Shown here: positions 28,943 to 38,029 of the stretch, one piece after another | Numbering within the stretch: the first letter of the stretch is position 1 | How the letters are laid out: every line of letters starts with the position of its first letter | Source: an uncultured Gammaproteobacteria bacterium | GTDB taxonomy: Bacteria; Patescibacteriota; Microgenomatia; UBA8517 | Direction: 5' to 3' | DNA: 64,000 bases | Assembly: GCA_964366085.1 (NCBI GenBank) | Contig: CAYISM010000001.1 | Location: forward strand, 17,211-81,210 | Translations under genes and position numbers: made by a program | Notes under the pieces: generated by a model | Seen by the model: only the letters and a program-made list of their open reading frames with translations | The model's database searches: none | Told to the model about the DNA's origin: nothing

Positions 28943-30100
28943 ATGAAAAGAATTCTTAAAAACCTTATTTTTATTTCTCTCCTCTCCCTCATCCCAACGG
29001 TAATTATATGGATACCGTTTTTTCTGAAGTTAAAAAGTATTTGGGGAATTCCGCTTCCGAATGGCGGAATGGCAACCATAGTTTCAAATTATGACGGACC
29101 ACTTTTTATTGTGATCGCAAAAACTTTCTATAACATAGCGCAAATTAAAGCGAATTATTCATTTCCTCTCCCTACTGAATATTATGCAGCTCATTTTCCT
29201 TTGTTTCCTGTCATTATCAAAATTTTTGCCTTTATTTTTGGTTTCCCGTATGGAATGTTGGTTGCAACTTTAATATCCTCAATTCTTGCAATTTATTTTT
29301 TTAACAAATTAATAAGAAGATATGTCGAAGAAAAGGAGGCTCTTTGGATAACTTTTGTCTTTTGCCTGTTTCCTGCGAGATGGCTTGTCGTTCGTTCAGT
29401 AGGAAGCGCTGAACCGTTATTCCTGGCTGCAATAATTGCTTCGGTTTATTATTTTCAATCAAAGAAATATTGGCAGGCGGGAGTTTGGGGGGCTATAGCA
29501 CAACTTACAAAATCCCCGGGAATTCTTCTTTTTATTGCATACCTTGGAGTAATAATGCTTCCACAATTTAAACGTCTTGCAACAGAAAAATTCCAGATTT
29601 GGGCAAGAGAGTTAAATTGGAAAGCTTATCCAATACTATTTATTCCAATTTCACTTCTGGGAATTTTTGTTTTATATAAGTTCACCTTTAACGATTTTTT
29701 TGCCTATTTCCATTCGGGCGACAATGTACATTTAATGTTTCCGCCATTTTCAATATTTAACTCCAGCCAATCTTGGGTGGGCACGTTTTGGCTTGAAGAA
29801 GTAATTTTTGTTTATCTTTTTGGAATTTTGGGGCTACTTCAATTGATCAAACAACGGGAAAATATACTCGCCGCTGTTGTTGGAGTATTTTTTACTTCCT
29901 TACTTTTCGTCGCACACAGAGATTTGATCAGATATTCGCTCCCGATCGTTCCATTTTTATTTGTCGCATTTGCAAATGTTATTATCAAAAAGGAATTTAA
30001 AATTGTTATGGCAATACTGGCGCTTCCGATCTTTCTTTTCTCTATCTCCTACATCTCCCAAAATGTAATGCCCATCGGGAACTGGTCCCCATTCCTCTAA
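28943..30100 (+). CDS. Polytopic membrane protein (possible GT-C-like glycosyltransferase)
   Basis: 385 aa, about 10 TMs, plus strand. A TGCTAATAT extended -10-like element lies 8 nt upstream of the ATG. Confidence 0.4.
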   Translation: MKRILKNLIFISLLSLIPTVIIWIPFFLKLKSIWGIPLPNGGMATIVSNYDGPLFIVIAKTFYNIAQIKANYSFPLPTEYYAAHFPLFPVIIKIFAFIFGFPYGMLVATLISSILAIYFFNKLIRRYVEEKEALWITFVFCLFPARWLVVRSVGSAEPLFLAAIIASVYYFQSKKYWQAGVWGAIAQLTKSPGILLFIAYLGVIMLPQFKRLATEKFQIWARELNWKAYPILFIPISLLGIFVLYKFTFNDFFAYFHSGDNVHLMFPPFSIFNSSQSWVGTFWLEEVIFVYLFGILGLLQLIKQRENILAAVVGVFFTSLLFVAHRDLIRYSLPIVPFLFVAFANVIIKKEFKIVMAILALPIFLFSISYISQNVMPIGNWSPFL

Positions 30101-30124
30101 AAATGTATAATCGGCTTCATTCAG

Positions 30125-30574
30125 ATGAGCAAAGAAAATACCAACATACCATACACAGCTTGGAGAGAACGACAAGCTCGACTGTCGTTAGTAGGGAAAC
30201 TATGTTTAAGCTGTAAAGCTGTAACCTTCCCGCCTCGCAATATTTGTTCGAACCCAGACTGTACAGAAAAAACCCGTCTTAAAGAATTTAAACTTAGTGG
30301 AAAAGGAGAAATAATCTCCTACACTACCATCTCCAATCCGAAATATGCACCAGAAGGATTCGACGAAGATTTCGTCCCATACCACTTAGTACTTGTTAAA
30401 CTTTATGAGGGACCGATTCTTTTTACCCGTTTCACAGATTTTGATCCTAAACAAAAAATCCAAGAAGGAATGAAAGTTGAGTTAATAACACGAATTTGGA
30501 AAAAGAATGGCAGGAAAGGACCAATTGAATATGGTTATGCGGTAAGATCAATATTTATACCCAAAATACTTTGA
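30125..30574 (+). CDS. DUF35-family protein (N-terminal rubredoxin-like Zn ribbon plus OB fold)
   Basis: CLSCKAVTFPPRNICSNPDC four-Cys ribbon followed by LSGKGEIISYTTIS...PYHLVLVKLYEGPILFTRF, which matches the archaeal/bacterial DUF35 pattern. Confidence 0.55.
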   Translation: MSKENTNIPYTAWRERQARLSLVGKLCLSCKAVTFPPRNICSNPDCTEKTRLKEFKLSGKGEIISYTTISNPKYAPEGFDEDFVPYHLVLVKLYEGPILFTRFTDFDPKQKIQEGMKVELITRIWKKNGRKGPIEYGYAVRSIFIPKIL

Positions 30575-30646
30575 TTTGCAATCATGAGTAGCATTTTGGG
30601 GGATCAAAATCACTTAACGAGAATTGCAAATTCGAGTAAGTGGAGT

Positions 30647-31786
30647 TTACTTCTTCCCAAACCTCCAGGTCTTCCAGATAACGAGATTATACATAAGATA
30701 GTTGTAGGGAAGAACCAAAAAGAGAACTATAAAAGGAAGAAGAATTTGTCTATATTGCGGACCGAGAATTGAAACACCAATGGTTCCTGCGGCTGTCTGA
30801 ATGATTAGAGCGCCTGCGGAAGTCAAATTAAACTGCAAAAACTTATAAATTAGCTTGCCAACTCCTTTTATCTTTTCATTCTTAAAAGTCCAGAGATTGT
30901 TTAGTGTAAAGTTGCTTATAATAGCCAACTCTGTTGATCCGGCCCAAGAAAGCCACTCGACCAAATTCATTTTTGAGAACAAATAAAGAAATAGAGCATT
31001 TATTACATATCCAATAAATCCTACTATGCCAAATTTAAAAAATCGCGAACGAAAAAAATCCAGTGCTCTGGTTTTTACTACAAACCAAAACGTTTTGATC
31101 GTACTTTGTACTCCTGGCATTTTGGAAAAGCCTTTCCACCTTTCTTTGAAATTAAGAGGTATCTCAATGATCTTTACGCCCTCCTTTTTGGCGTAATAAA
31201 GGAATGAAATCTGAAATGAATAAGTCTTTAGTTCGGTAATTTTGTCTTTAACTTTCAAAAAAACCCAGGGTTTTAATGCCCTATATCCCGTTGTCCAATC
31301 GTGAATTTTGTTATCTAACATCATTATTCGAATAAAAATGTTTCCTCCAACTGATAGAATTTTTCTTGTTATCCCCCAAAATTTAGGAATTGACCCTCCC
31401 TTCATATATCTTGATCCGATGACAAGATCCGCCCCTTCGTCGATTTTTTCCAAAAATTCGGGGATTAAATCAGGATCGTGCTGAAAATCGGCATCAAATT
31501 CAAAAAGCAAATCTGCCTTAATCTTATCTACTGCATATGTCATCGCCTTAATGTATGCACCACCCAACCCAACTTTTTCTTTATTCAGAAGGAGATAGAC
31601 ATTTTTATACTTCTTCATGTAATTTCTCACTATCTCATAGGTTTTATCCGGAGAAGTATCGTCAACTACCAAAATGTTCATGTCCCACTTTTCGGGAACT
31701 TTTTTAAAGACTTCTTGCAATGTATCGAGCAAAAGCCCGATATTTTCAGCTTCGTTATAGGTAGGAATAATTATTATGACTTTCAT
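30647..31786 (-). CDS. Polyprenyl-phosphate sugar synthase (Dpm1-like GT2) fused to a C-terminal GtrA-like membrane domain
   Basis: IIIIPTYNEAENI...ILVVDDTSPDKT...FEFDADFQHDP, then a C-terminal 4-TM region FGIVGFIGYVINALFLYLF. Confidence 0.8.
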   Translation of the reverse strand: MKVIIIIPTYNEAENIGLLLDTLQEVFKKVPEKWDMNILVVDDTSPDKTYEIVRNYMKKYKNVYLLLNKEKVGLGGAYIKAMTYAVDKIKADLLFEFDADFQHDPDLIPEFLEKIDEGADLVIGSRYMKGGSIPKFWGITRKILSVGGNIFIRIMMLDNKIHDWTTGYRALKPWVFLKVKDKITELKTYSFQISFLYYAKKEGVKIIEIPLNFKERWKGFSKMPGVQSTIKTFWFVVKTRALDFFRSRFFKFGIVGFIGYVINALFLYLFSKMNLVEWLSWAGSTELAIISNFTLNNLWTFKNEKIKGVGKLIYKFLQFNLTSAGALIIQTAAGTIGVSILGPQYRQILLPFIVLFLVLPYNYLMYNLVIWKTWRFGKK

Positions 31787-31920
31787 ACAGGATTAACTTT
31801 ATACCAATTTTACCTTAATTTACAATATAAAATAGTAAAATTGGGGATCATAGCCATCGCAGTTTGCTTGCAAACTGGAGTATGATGGATATATCAAACT
31901 ATACTGATAAACAAGCTATG

Positions 31921-32619
31921 AAAATAGATATCCTAACTCTCTTTCCCGAAATGTTTAAAGGACCGTTTAGCGAAAGCATTCTTAAGAAAGCCCAAGAAAA
32001 AGGAATTATCGATATAAAAGTCTATAATATCCGCGACTGGGCCAAAGACAAACACAAGATGGCAGACGATAGACCTTACGGGGGTGGACCCGGAATGGTT
32101 TTAATGATCGAACCGATCGATCGGGCCATAGCTGAACTCACAACTCACAACTTACAACTTACAACCCGAGTAATTTTACTCGACCCTGCGGGAAAAACTT
32201 TCAACCAAAAGGAGGCTGAAAGATTGGTTAAATATGACCACATAATCTTAATCTGTGGACATTATAAAGGGATTGATGAACGGATTCGCGAACATTTAGT
32301 CGATGAGGAGATTTCGGTTGGGGACTTTGTAGTTACCGGAGGTGAAATTCCGGCAATGATTGTTGTTGATGCAACCGTAAGACTCATCCCTGGAGTCATC
32401 GGCAAAGAAGAATCTTTAAAAAAAGAATCCTTCTCGGACTTTGACGAACCGGGGGTTCCAAGGCTTTTGGGTTTTCCTCAATACACCCGTCCCGAAGAAT
32501 ATAAAGGCTGGAAAGTTCCCGAGATGCTTTTGGGTGGAAATCATAAAGAAATCTTAAGGTGGAGAATAAAAGTGGCAACCAAAAGAACCAAAGAGCGAAG
32601 GCCGGATTTACTCAAATAA
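31921..32619 (+). CDS. trmD: tRNA (guanine37-N1)-methyltransferase
   Basis: MKIDILTLFPEMF...YGGGPGMVL...LICGHYKGIDERI...VGDFVVTGGEIPAMIVVDA. Confidence 0.9.
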   Translation, partial: KIDILTLFPEMFKGPFSESILKKAQEKGIIDIKVYNIRDWAKDKHKMADDRPYGGGPGMVLMIEPIDRAIAELTTHNLQLTTRVILLDPAGKTFNQKEAERLVKYDHIILICGHYKGIDERIREHLVDEEISVGDFVVTGGEIPAMIVVDATVRLIPGVIGKEESLKKESFSDFDEPGVPRLLGFPQYTRPEEYKGWKVPEMLLGGNHKEILRWRIKVATKRTKERRPDLLK

Positions 32620-33523
32620 GTTTATTTATTATTTCGTCCGTTGTACTAAAATTCATATCCAGAACCTCTTCTGTTTTTCTTGGATCAAGCCCTCCCTTTA
32701 AAGGGTATCTTCTCGGGTTACTTACTGTGCCCTTCTCAAAATCAATTTCTTTACCCAGTGCTTTCTTTATAAATTTAGAAATTAACTTATACGGTGTAGT
32801 CGTATCTGGAGAGCTTACATGGAAAACACCGGTTAATTTATTTTCAATTATTCTTCTTAATGCCTCGCATGCTTCATCTATAAAAGTTATAGAAACCTGC
32901 TGGTCGGTAAAAAGTGGATATAATTTGTCTTCTTTTTTGAATTTCTCCAAAGGGAACCTTAAGTAGTCTAATTTCTTTTTAAATTCTTTTCTGACTGGAT
33001 AAATAATTCTGACAATCGTTGCGTTATCTCCGAGTCTTTCTTGGACTAACCTTTCGGCTTCCGCCTTTGTAAAACCATACCAAGTAAGTTTATCGGGGTT
33101 GGTTTCTGGGAGATGGTCTTCGCTATATGGACCCGGGTCATCGGGCGAGCCACTAAAAACCATATCGGTGGAAATTTGTATAAATCGCGTTTTTTCAAGG
33201 TCAATTGCGTCAAGTATATTTCTTACTCCTTCAACATTTATCCTCCAACAATCACCTCCCTCATTGTCCCTTTGTTTCTCTTCATCGTTTACATTAGTGT
33301 CCGCTGCGAAATTAATAACAACATCCGGCTTTTCTCTACTAATAAATTCTTTAACCGCTTTGGCGTCGGTTATGTCTAGTTCAGAATGTGAAGGTGTCAC
33401 AAATTCTCCGTCAAAAAGTTCCAAAAATCTTTGACCTACCAATCCCGATCCACCCAGAATTAATACTTTTCCGACATTGAGTCTTTCCTTTGATTCTTTT
33501 GTTGTTACTGCCAGTTCTACCAT
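32612..33523 (-). CDS. rmlD: dTDP-4-dehydrorhamnose reductase
   Basis: KVLILGGSGLVGQ Rossmann motif; RmlD-like short epimerase/reductase; last gene of the rml operon. Confidence 0.8.
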   Translation of the reverse strand: MVELAVTTKESKERLNVGKVLILGGSGLVGQRFLELFDGEFVTPSHSELDITDAKAVKEFISREKPDVVINFAADTNVNDEEKQRDNEGGDCWRINVEGVRNILDAIDLEKTRFIQISTDMVFSGSPDDPGPYSEDHLPETNPDKLTWYGFTKAEAERLVQERLGDNATIVRIIYPVRKEFKKKLDYLRFPLEKFKKEDKLYPLFTDQQVSITFIDEACEALRRIIENKLTGVFHVSSPDTTTPYKLISKFIKKALGKEIDFEKGTVSNPRRYPLKGGLDPRKTEEVLDMNFSTTDEIINKLI

Positions 33524-34107
33524 TATTTAAATTTGTCCGGAAAAGTTTCTCTTAAAGATTTTGCGTTCAAATCCTTTTCCGCAACAATCGGATTTTTAAT
33601 TGGCCACTTGATATTCAGATCTTCATCGAACGGTTTTATTGCAAAAGAAGAGCCGGGTGTCCAATAAGCATTGACTAAGTAAAAGTAATGAACGGGGCCT
33701 TCGATTGCACAGATAGAATTTCCGATACCTTTCGGCAGAAACAAAGCCCTCTTTGGTAAATTCCCGCCAGTATTGTCAAAAAGAAATTCTTCGTATTGTC
33801 CAAAAGTTGCGCTTTCCGGCCTTAGGTCAACAACAGGCACCCACATTTTACCAGTTGCCGAGTAAACAAGTTTGTCCCATCTTTCGGCATGAATTCCCCT
33901 TATGGCCCCTGTTTCAGACATCGAGTGGTTCATTTGAACAGGCAAAAACTCAATTCCTTTTTCTTTGAGGAGAACTTCTCGCCAAACCTCTCTGAAAAAA
34001 CCTCTTTCATCTGAAACTGCAGATCTTTCAATTATTAAAACACCTTTAATTTTTCCTTCAGTAATTATAAATTCTGGAATCTTAATGCCAATCTTGGTTT
34101 CTGTCAT
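33523..34107 (-). CDS. rmlC: dTDP-4-dehydrorhamnose 3,5-epimerase
   Basis: Cupin-type RmlC motifs (GAIRGIHAERWDKLV, FLPKGIGNS). Start taken at the internal Met MTETKIG. Confidence 0.8.
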   Translation of the reverse strand: MTETKIGIKIPEFIITEGKIKGVLIIERSAVSDERGFFREVWREVLLKEKGIEFLPVQMNHSMSETGAIRGIHAERWDKLVYSATGKMWVPVVDLRPESATFGQYEEFLFDNTGGNLPKRALFLPKGIGNSICAIEGPVHYFYLVNAYWTPGSSFAIKPFDEDLNIKWPIKNPIVAEKDLNAKSLRETFPDKFK

Positions 34108-35144
34108 TTTCTTTCCCTTGCCCTTAGATTCTTTTGAACCTCCGGGTCGACAATCGGACGGCCTTCGCGCAAAGGCTTCCACCACCACTTATTTTCCTTA
34201 TACCATTTTACCGTCGCCGGAAGCCAGTCTTCAAATTTATGTTCCGGTTTCCAACCCAATACTCTTTTTATCTTAGAAGAATCAATTGCGTATCGTGAAT
34301 CGTGTCCCAATCTATGCTCGATATGGGTAATCCAAGATTCGTCCTTGCCCATCAATTTTAAAATTTCGCGGGTTATCTGGAGATTACTTCTTTCGGAGTT
34401 TCCGCCCACACAAAATGTCTGACCGATAATTTTTTCATCTTTCAGGGCGGCGTGGATAATCGTATCGATTGCGCGGCAGTGATCAAGCACGTAAATCCAA
34501 TCCCGAACATTTTCCCCTTTACCCATCAAGGGAACCTTCTTCCCCAAAATAAGATTAGTTATAAATCTGGGAAGAAGTTTTTCTGTGTCCTGCCAAGGCC
34601 CATAGTTATTCGAAGTATTGGTAATCGTTACAGGAAGGCCATAAGTTCTGTGCCAAGCCCGAACCATGTGATCAGCCGAAGCTTTTGCGGCAGAGTAAGG
34701 ACTATGCGGATTATAAGGACTTTTTTCGTTAAATTTTAAGTCCGGCCGATTTAAGGGAAGCTCTCCGAAAACTTCATCGGTTGAGACGTGATGAAAAAGT
34801 TTTACCCCCGCACCCAGCGCATTTTGCAGCATGACCTGGGTTCCGACTACATTTGTTTGCACAAAAACATCCGGGCCCAAAACACTTCTATCGACATGGG
34901 TTTCCGCCGCGAAATGGGCAACCACATCAATTCCTCTAATTGCTCTTTTTACAACTTCGGGATCACAAATATCGCCTTTAATAAACTTAACCTTCTTGCC
35001 TTCAATATCTTTTAAATTCTCTCTGTGGCCCGCATAAGTTAATTTATCAAGAACTACAATTTCATCTTTGGGGTATTTTTTGTGCCAGTAGTGGACAAAA
35101 TTGCTTCCGATAAATCCCGCCCCGCCGGTTACAAGTATTTTCAT
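34104..35144 (-). CDS. rmlB: dTDP-glucose 4,6-dehydratase
   Basis: MKILVTGGAGFIGSNFV...HFAAETHVDRS...YSAAKASADHMV (YxxxK). Confidence 0.9.
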   Translation of the reverse strand: MKILVTGGAGFIGSNFVHYWHKKYPKDEIVVLDKLTYAGHRENLKDIEGKKVKFIKGDICDPEVVKRAIRGIDVVAHFAAETHVDRSVLGPDVFVQTNVVGTQVMLQNALGAGVKLFHHVSTDEVFGELPLNRPDLKFNEKSPYNPHSPYSAAKASADHMVRAWHRTYGLPVTITNTSNNYGPWQDTEKLLPRFITNLILGKKVPLMGKGENVRDWIYVLDHCRAIDTIIHAALKDEKIIGQTFCVGGNSERSNLQITREILKLMGKDESWITHIEHRLGHDSRYAIDSSKIKRVLGWKPEHKFEDWLPATVKWYKENKWWWKPLREGRPIVDPEVQKNLRARERK

Positions 35145-35872
35145 ATTTTTACACCGTTCTTCCCGGCCCAATAGGCGCTGGCCTCAACAAGTGCATCAAA
35201 GGTACCGGCATCCCGCCAATAACCTTTTAGTTCCTCCCATTTCATTGTTCCTTCCTTTATGTAGAAATTTTGTATGTCAGTTATCTCCAGCTGGCCTCTT
35301 TTTGAGGGCTTAAGCTTTTTTGCGACTTGGAAACATCTGTTGTCAAAGATATAAAGTCCGGTTGAGGCATATTCTGAGGGTGGATTTTTGGGCTTTTCGA
35401 CAATTCCCACAATCTTTTTCTTGTCCTTTTTATCAAATATCGGAACTCCAAAGCGCTCGGGATCAGGAACCTTCTTAACAAACATTACCGAGCCTTTCTC
35501 AAAACGGGAAACCGCTTTTGAAATATCCGCATCGGTAGTGTTATCTCCGAGAATGACAATCACGGGTTCCCCTCCGGCAAAATCTTCGGCAACCTTAAGA
35601 GCATCCGAAATGCCTCCGGATGGATTTTCTTGATATCCATATTCGAGATGATTTAGACCAAGCTCTTTACCGTTTTTCAAGACCTGAATAAATTGTCCGG
35701 AATGGGGACCGCTAGCTATTACTATAATATCTGTGATTCCTGCCTTGACCAAAGTTTGAATCGGATAAAAAATCATAGGGCGATCGTAAATGGGAAGAAG
35801 ATGCTTGTTAGTCGCGTAAGTAAGCGGATAAAGACGTGTTCCCAAACCCCCTGCGAGAATTACGCCTTTCAT
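35141..35872 (-). CDS. rmlA: Glucose-1-phosphate thymidylyltransferase (short form)
   Basis: MKGVILAGGLGTRLYPLTYATNKHLLPIYDRPMIFYPIQTL. Confidence 0.85.
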   Translation of the reverse strand: MKGVILAGGLGTRLYPLTYATNKHLLPIYDRPMIFYPIQTLVKAGITDIIVIASGPHSGQFIQVLKNGKELGLNHLEYGYQENPSGGISDALKVAEDFAGGEPVIVILGDNTTDADISKAVSRFEKGSVMFVKKVPDPERFGVPIFDKKDKKKIVGIVEKPKNPPSEYASTGLYIFDNRCFQVAKKLKPSKRGQLEITDIQNFYIKEGTMKWEELKGYWRDAGTFDALVEASAYWAGKNGVKI

Positions 35873-35915
35873 ATAGTGTGCATTGTAAATTGTAAATTGA
35901 AAATTGTAAATTACT
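35873..35915 (-). promoter_or_regulatory. AT-rich region with three tandem TTTACAAT units upstream of the rmlA start; probable rml operon promoter or operator
   Basis: Minus-strand reading gives TAATTTACAATTTTCAATTTACAATTTACAATGCACACTATATG. Confidence 0.4.
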
Positions 35916-36424
35916 TAAGTGTGCTTGTCTGCAACTGAGGATGCGCCCCAGCTTTCGGGCTTGGTTTTGGCAACATACCCGTTTCCGGTAACCATACCCA
36001 CAACTTCCTTAATCATATCGCGGGTAGGTCCTAGGGGGCCTACGTCTATATGAATTTCCAAATCGTACTTGGCGGGAGTAACGGCGCGTCTAAGATCAGG
36101 AACAAGCTCTTGCGCAGTCTCAAGAGATAGAAGTGTTTCTGTATAAATTTTGTCGCGAAGAATAGGTTTCATCACAATCTTTTTCTTTTTCCAAAAATAT
36201 CTTGCTCCCCGGCCTTTCCTATGAATAACTATTGCTGTAACAAAATCAATTTCAGAGTTGCCGTTGGTATTTTTTGCCTGAGAATCAGTCCCAATCACGA
36301 GTCTATAAAAACTATCAGGCTCTTGGGATACAAAACTGGAAATTTCCGAAACCATCTTTTCTACACTTAAAGCCCCTATTGAAGGGCTGTAAAATCCATT
36401 TTTCACACTTTCCGTCATGCCCAA
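35915..36424 (-). CDS. DUF458/YkuK-like RNase H-fold protein
   Basis: YRLVIGTDSQ...EIDFVTAIVIH pattern. Confidence 0.45.
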   Translation of the reverse strand: MGMTESVKNGFYSPSIGALSVEKMVSEISSFVSQEPDSFYRLVIGTDSQAKNTNGNSEIDFVTAIVIHRKGRGARYFWKKKKIVMKPILRDKIYTETLLSLETAQELVPDLRRAVTPAKYDLEIHIDVGPLGPTRDMIKEVVGMVTGNGYVAKTKPESWGASSVADKHT

Positions 36425-36473
36425 TTATACCTCTTTTGAAGCTTTCGAGGCAAACTTTAACTGAAGCCAAATT

Positions 36474-36734
36474 TCAGACTCTGAAGATTAAAGAAAGGAC
36501 CACAACTAAGCCCAAAATCGCAATTAGCGTATATTCAATAACCACTTCGGGATATAAATCCTCATGAAGCATATGATGAACCACTCCCCAGATAACATAA
36601 GAAATAGCAGTCGCTGAAGCTACCGCGACTTGTAGAATCCGATCGTTAGGGAAAAACATAAAGATAGCGATAGCTGTCACGAAGATCGAAAAAAGAATCA
36701 CATAATGCGGTAAGTCTCGTAAAATTCTCTTCAT
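36474..36734 (-). CDS. Small 2-3 TM membrane protein, hypothetical
   Basis: 86 aa, hydrophobic helices. Confidence 0.4.
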   Translation of the reverse strand: MKRILRDLPHYVILFSIFVTAIAIFMFFPNDRILQVAVASATAISYVIWGVVHHMLHEDLYPEVVIEYTLIAILGLVVVLSLIFRV

Positions 36735-36756
36735 GGTAAGTGTTAATGGTTAATCA

Positions 36757-37644
36757 TTAAAGAATAATTCCGCCTCTTGCAATTAAGAGAATCGTTAGGA
36801 TCATTCCCATAAAAGATATGTGTGCCAAAGCTCTGCCGCCAATTCTTACAATTCTCTTTCTTGATACAACTATTACATCAATGGCCATAACTAATAAAAG
36901 AAATATTACCAGAGCCAAAGAAATTGATTGGGTAGATTTAAACGGAGAGATTGACGCAATTTTTTGCGGTTGGGGATTTGGAGCCGCTAGCGTACTTGCT
37001 ACTCCTAGTTGAGATTCCCCGGAAGGAGGCTTTACCGACTCGGACTTGGCAATTGGCACAGCAGGTATAGTATCTACATACTTACTGCCAAAAAACTGGA
37101 CAACAATCGTCGTGTCTACTCCGGCCAGATTGCCTTCAACAACGGCGACTCCGATATCTTTATATTTTGGAGACAGAAGATTCTCTTTGTGTGATGATGA
37201 ACTCATCCAAGCCTCAACTACGGATTTTGGATCAGAAAAATCCCGAGCCAAGTTCTCTCCGGCATAACGATATTTGTATCCCACGTCAGCAAAGAACTTC
37301 CAAGGCTGGTTCCCATCCGGAGAAATATGTGCCCAATATTCTTTAGCTAGCATATCTGTGCCCTTTGCCTGCGCTCCAGATGAAAGATTGGAATTCGCCT
37401 CAAGAGGAAGAAGTCCATTGGCAACCCTTTTCTCATTTGTAAGCCTTATTATCTCCTCCGGAGAAATATTTGCAGCATATCCTAAAACCTGCGGGCCAAA
37501 TCTTGAAACAGACGAAAGAACTACCTGATAAAAAACTAAAAATATTACAAAAAGAGCCAGACTTGAAGAATGTAAAATCTTGGCTTTTTGGTTATTCGAC
37601 TCTCTTGGAAAAAATAGATGCGCTAAAGACCGGGCAAATCTCAT
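36757..37644 (-). CDS. CAP (SCP/PR-1, YkwD-like) domain protein with N-terminal signal anchor and C-terminal TM
   Basis: GENLARDFSDPKSVVEAWMSSSSHKENLLSPKYKDIGVAV is a CAP domain signature. Confidence 0.7.
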   Translation of the reverse strand: MRFARSLAHLFFPRESNNQKAKILHSSSLALFVIFLVFYQVVLSSVSRFGPQVLGYAANISPEEIIRLTNEKRVANGLLPLEANSNLSSGAQAKGTDMLAKEYWAHISPDGNQPWKFFADVGYKYRYAGENLARDFSDPKSVVEAWMSSSSHKENLLSPKYKDIGVAVVEGNLAGVDTTIVVQFFGSKYVDTIPAVPIAKSESVKPPSGESQLGVASTLAAPNPQPQKIASISPFKSTQSISLALVIFLLLVMAIDVIVVSRKRIVRIGGRALAHISFMGMILTILLIARGGIIL

Positions 37645-37686
37645 ACTACAACCATGTTAGTTTCTATTTAGCTCAGAATCAATGAG

Positions 37687-37965
37687 TTACTTTATGATCG
37701 TTTTTCCCAAGAGAAAAGCCAAAAGGTAAAGAGAGAAGAGGATCAAAACTCCCCAACCAAAGCTAAAATTATTTATTCCCAAAACTTCCGGTTCAGGAGA
37801 GGAAGTTGCTTCTGGCGATGGCGATGGGGTTGATTCGGAGGGGACAGGACTTTCGTAAACTGCTTCTTCCTGGGCGTAAACAGTTGACGGAGTCAAATAA
37901 ATAAATGGAGACAGCGAATTTAAAACCACCAAAAAAGAAGCGGCAATCTTTGAAAGAATATTCAA
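37687..37965 (-). CDS. Small secreted/anchored Pro/Ser-rich protein, hypothetical
   Basis: Signal peptide, a PSxSTPSPSPE linker and a C-terminal TM. Confidence 0.35.
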   Translation of the reverse strand: MNILSKIAASFLVVLNSLSPFIYLTPSTVYAQEEAVYESPVPSESTPSPSPEATSSPEPEVLGINNFSFGWGVLILFSLYLLAFLLGKTIIK

Positions 37966-38029
37966 GTTTGCCGAAGTATATCATATCAACTCAAAAAAAG
38001 AAAACGGGGAATTTTTGATGCTTAAGGGC

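Noticed and set aside
30240-30262. tRNA-like GTTCGAACCC T-arm-like string
   Set aside because: It sits inside the DUF35 coding sequence (it encodes CSNPDC) and there is no acceptor stem or anticodon-arm complement nearby. No convincing tRNA, rRNA or CRISPR array was found anywhere in the window.
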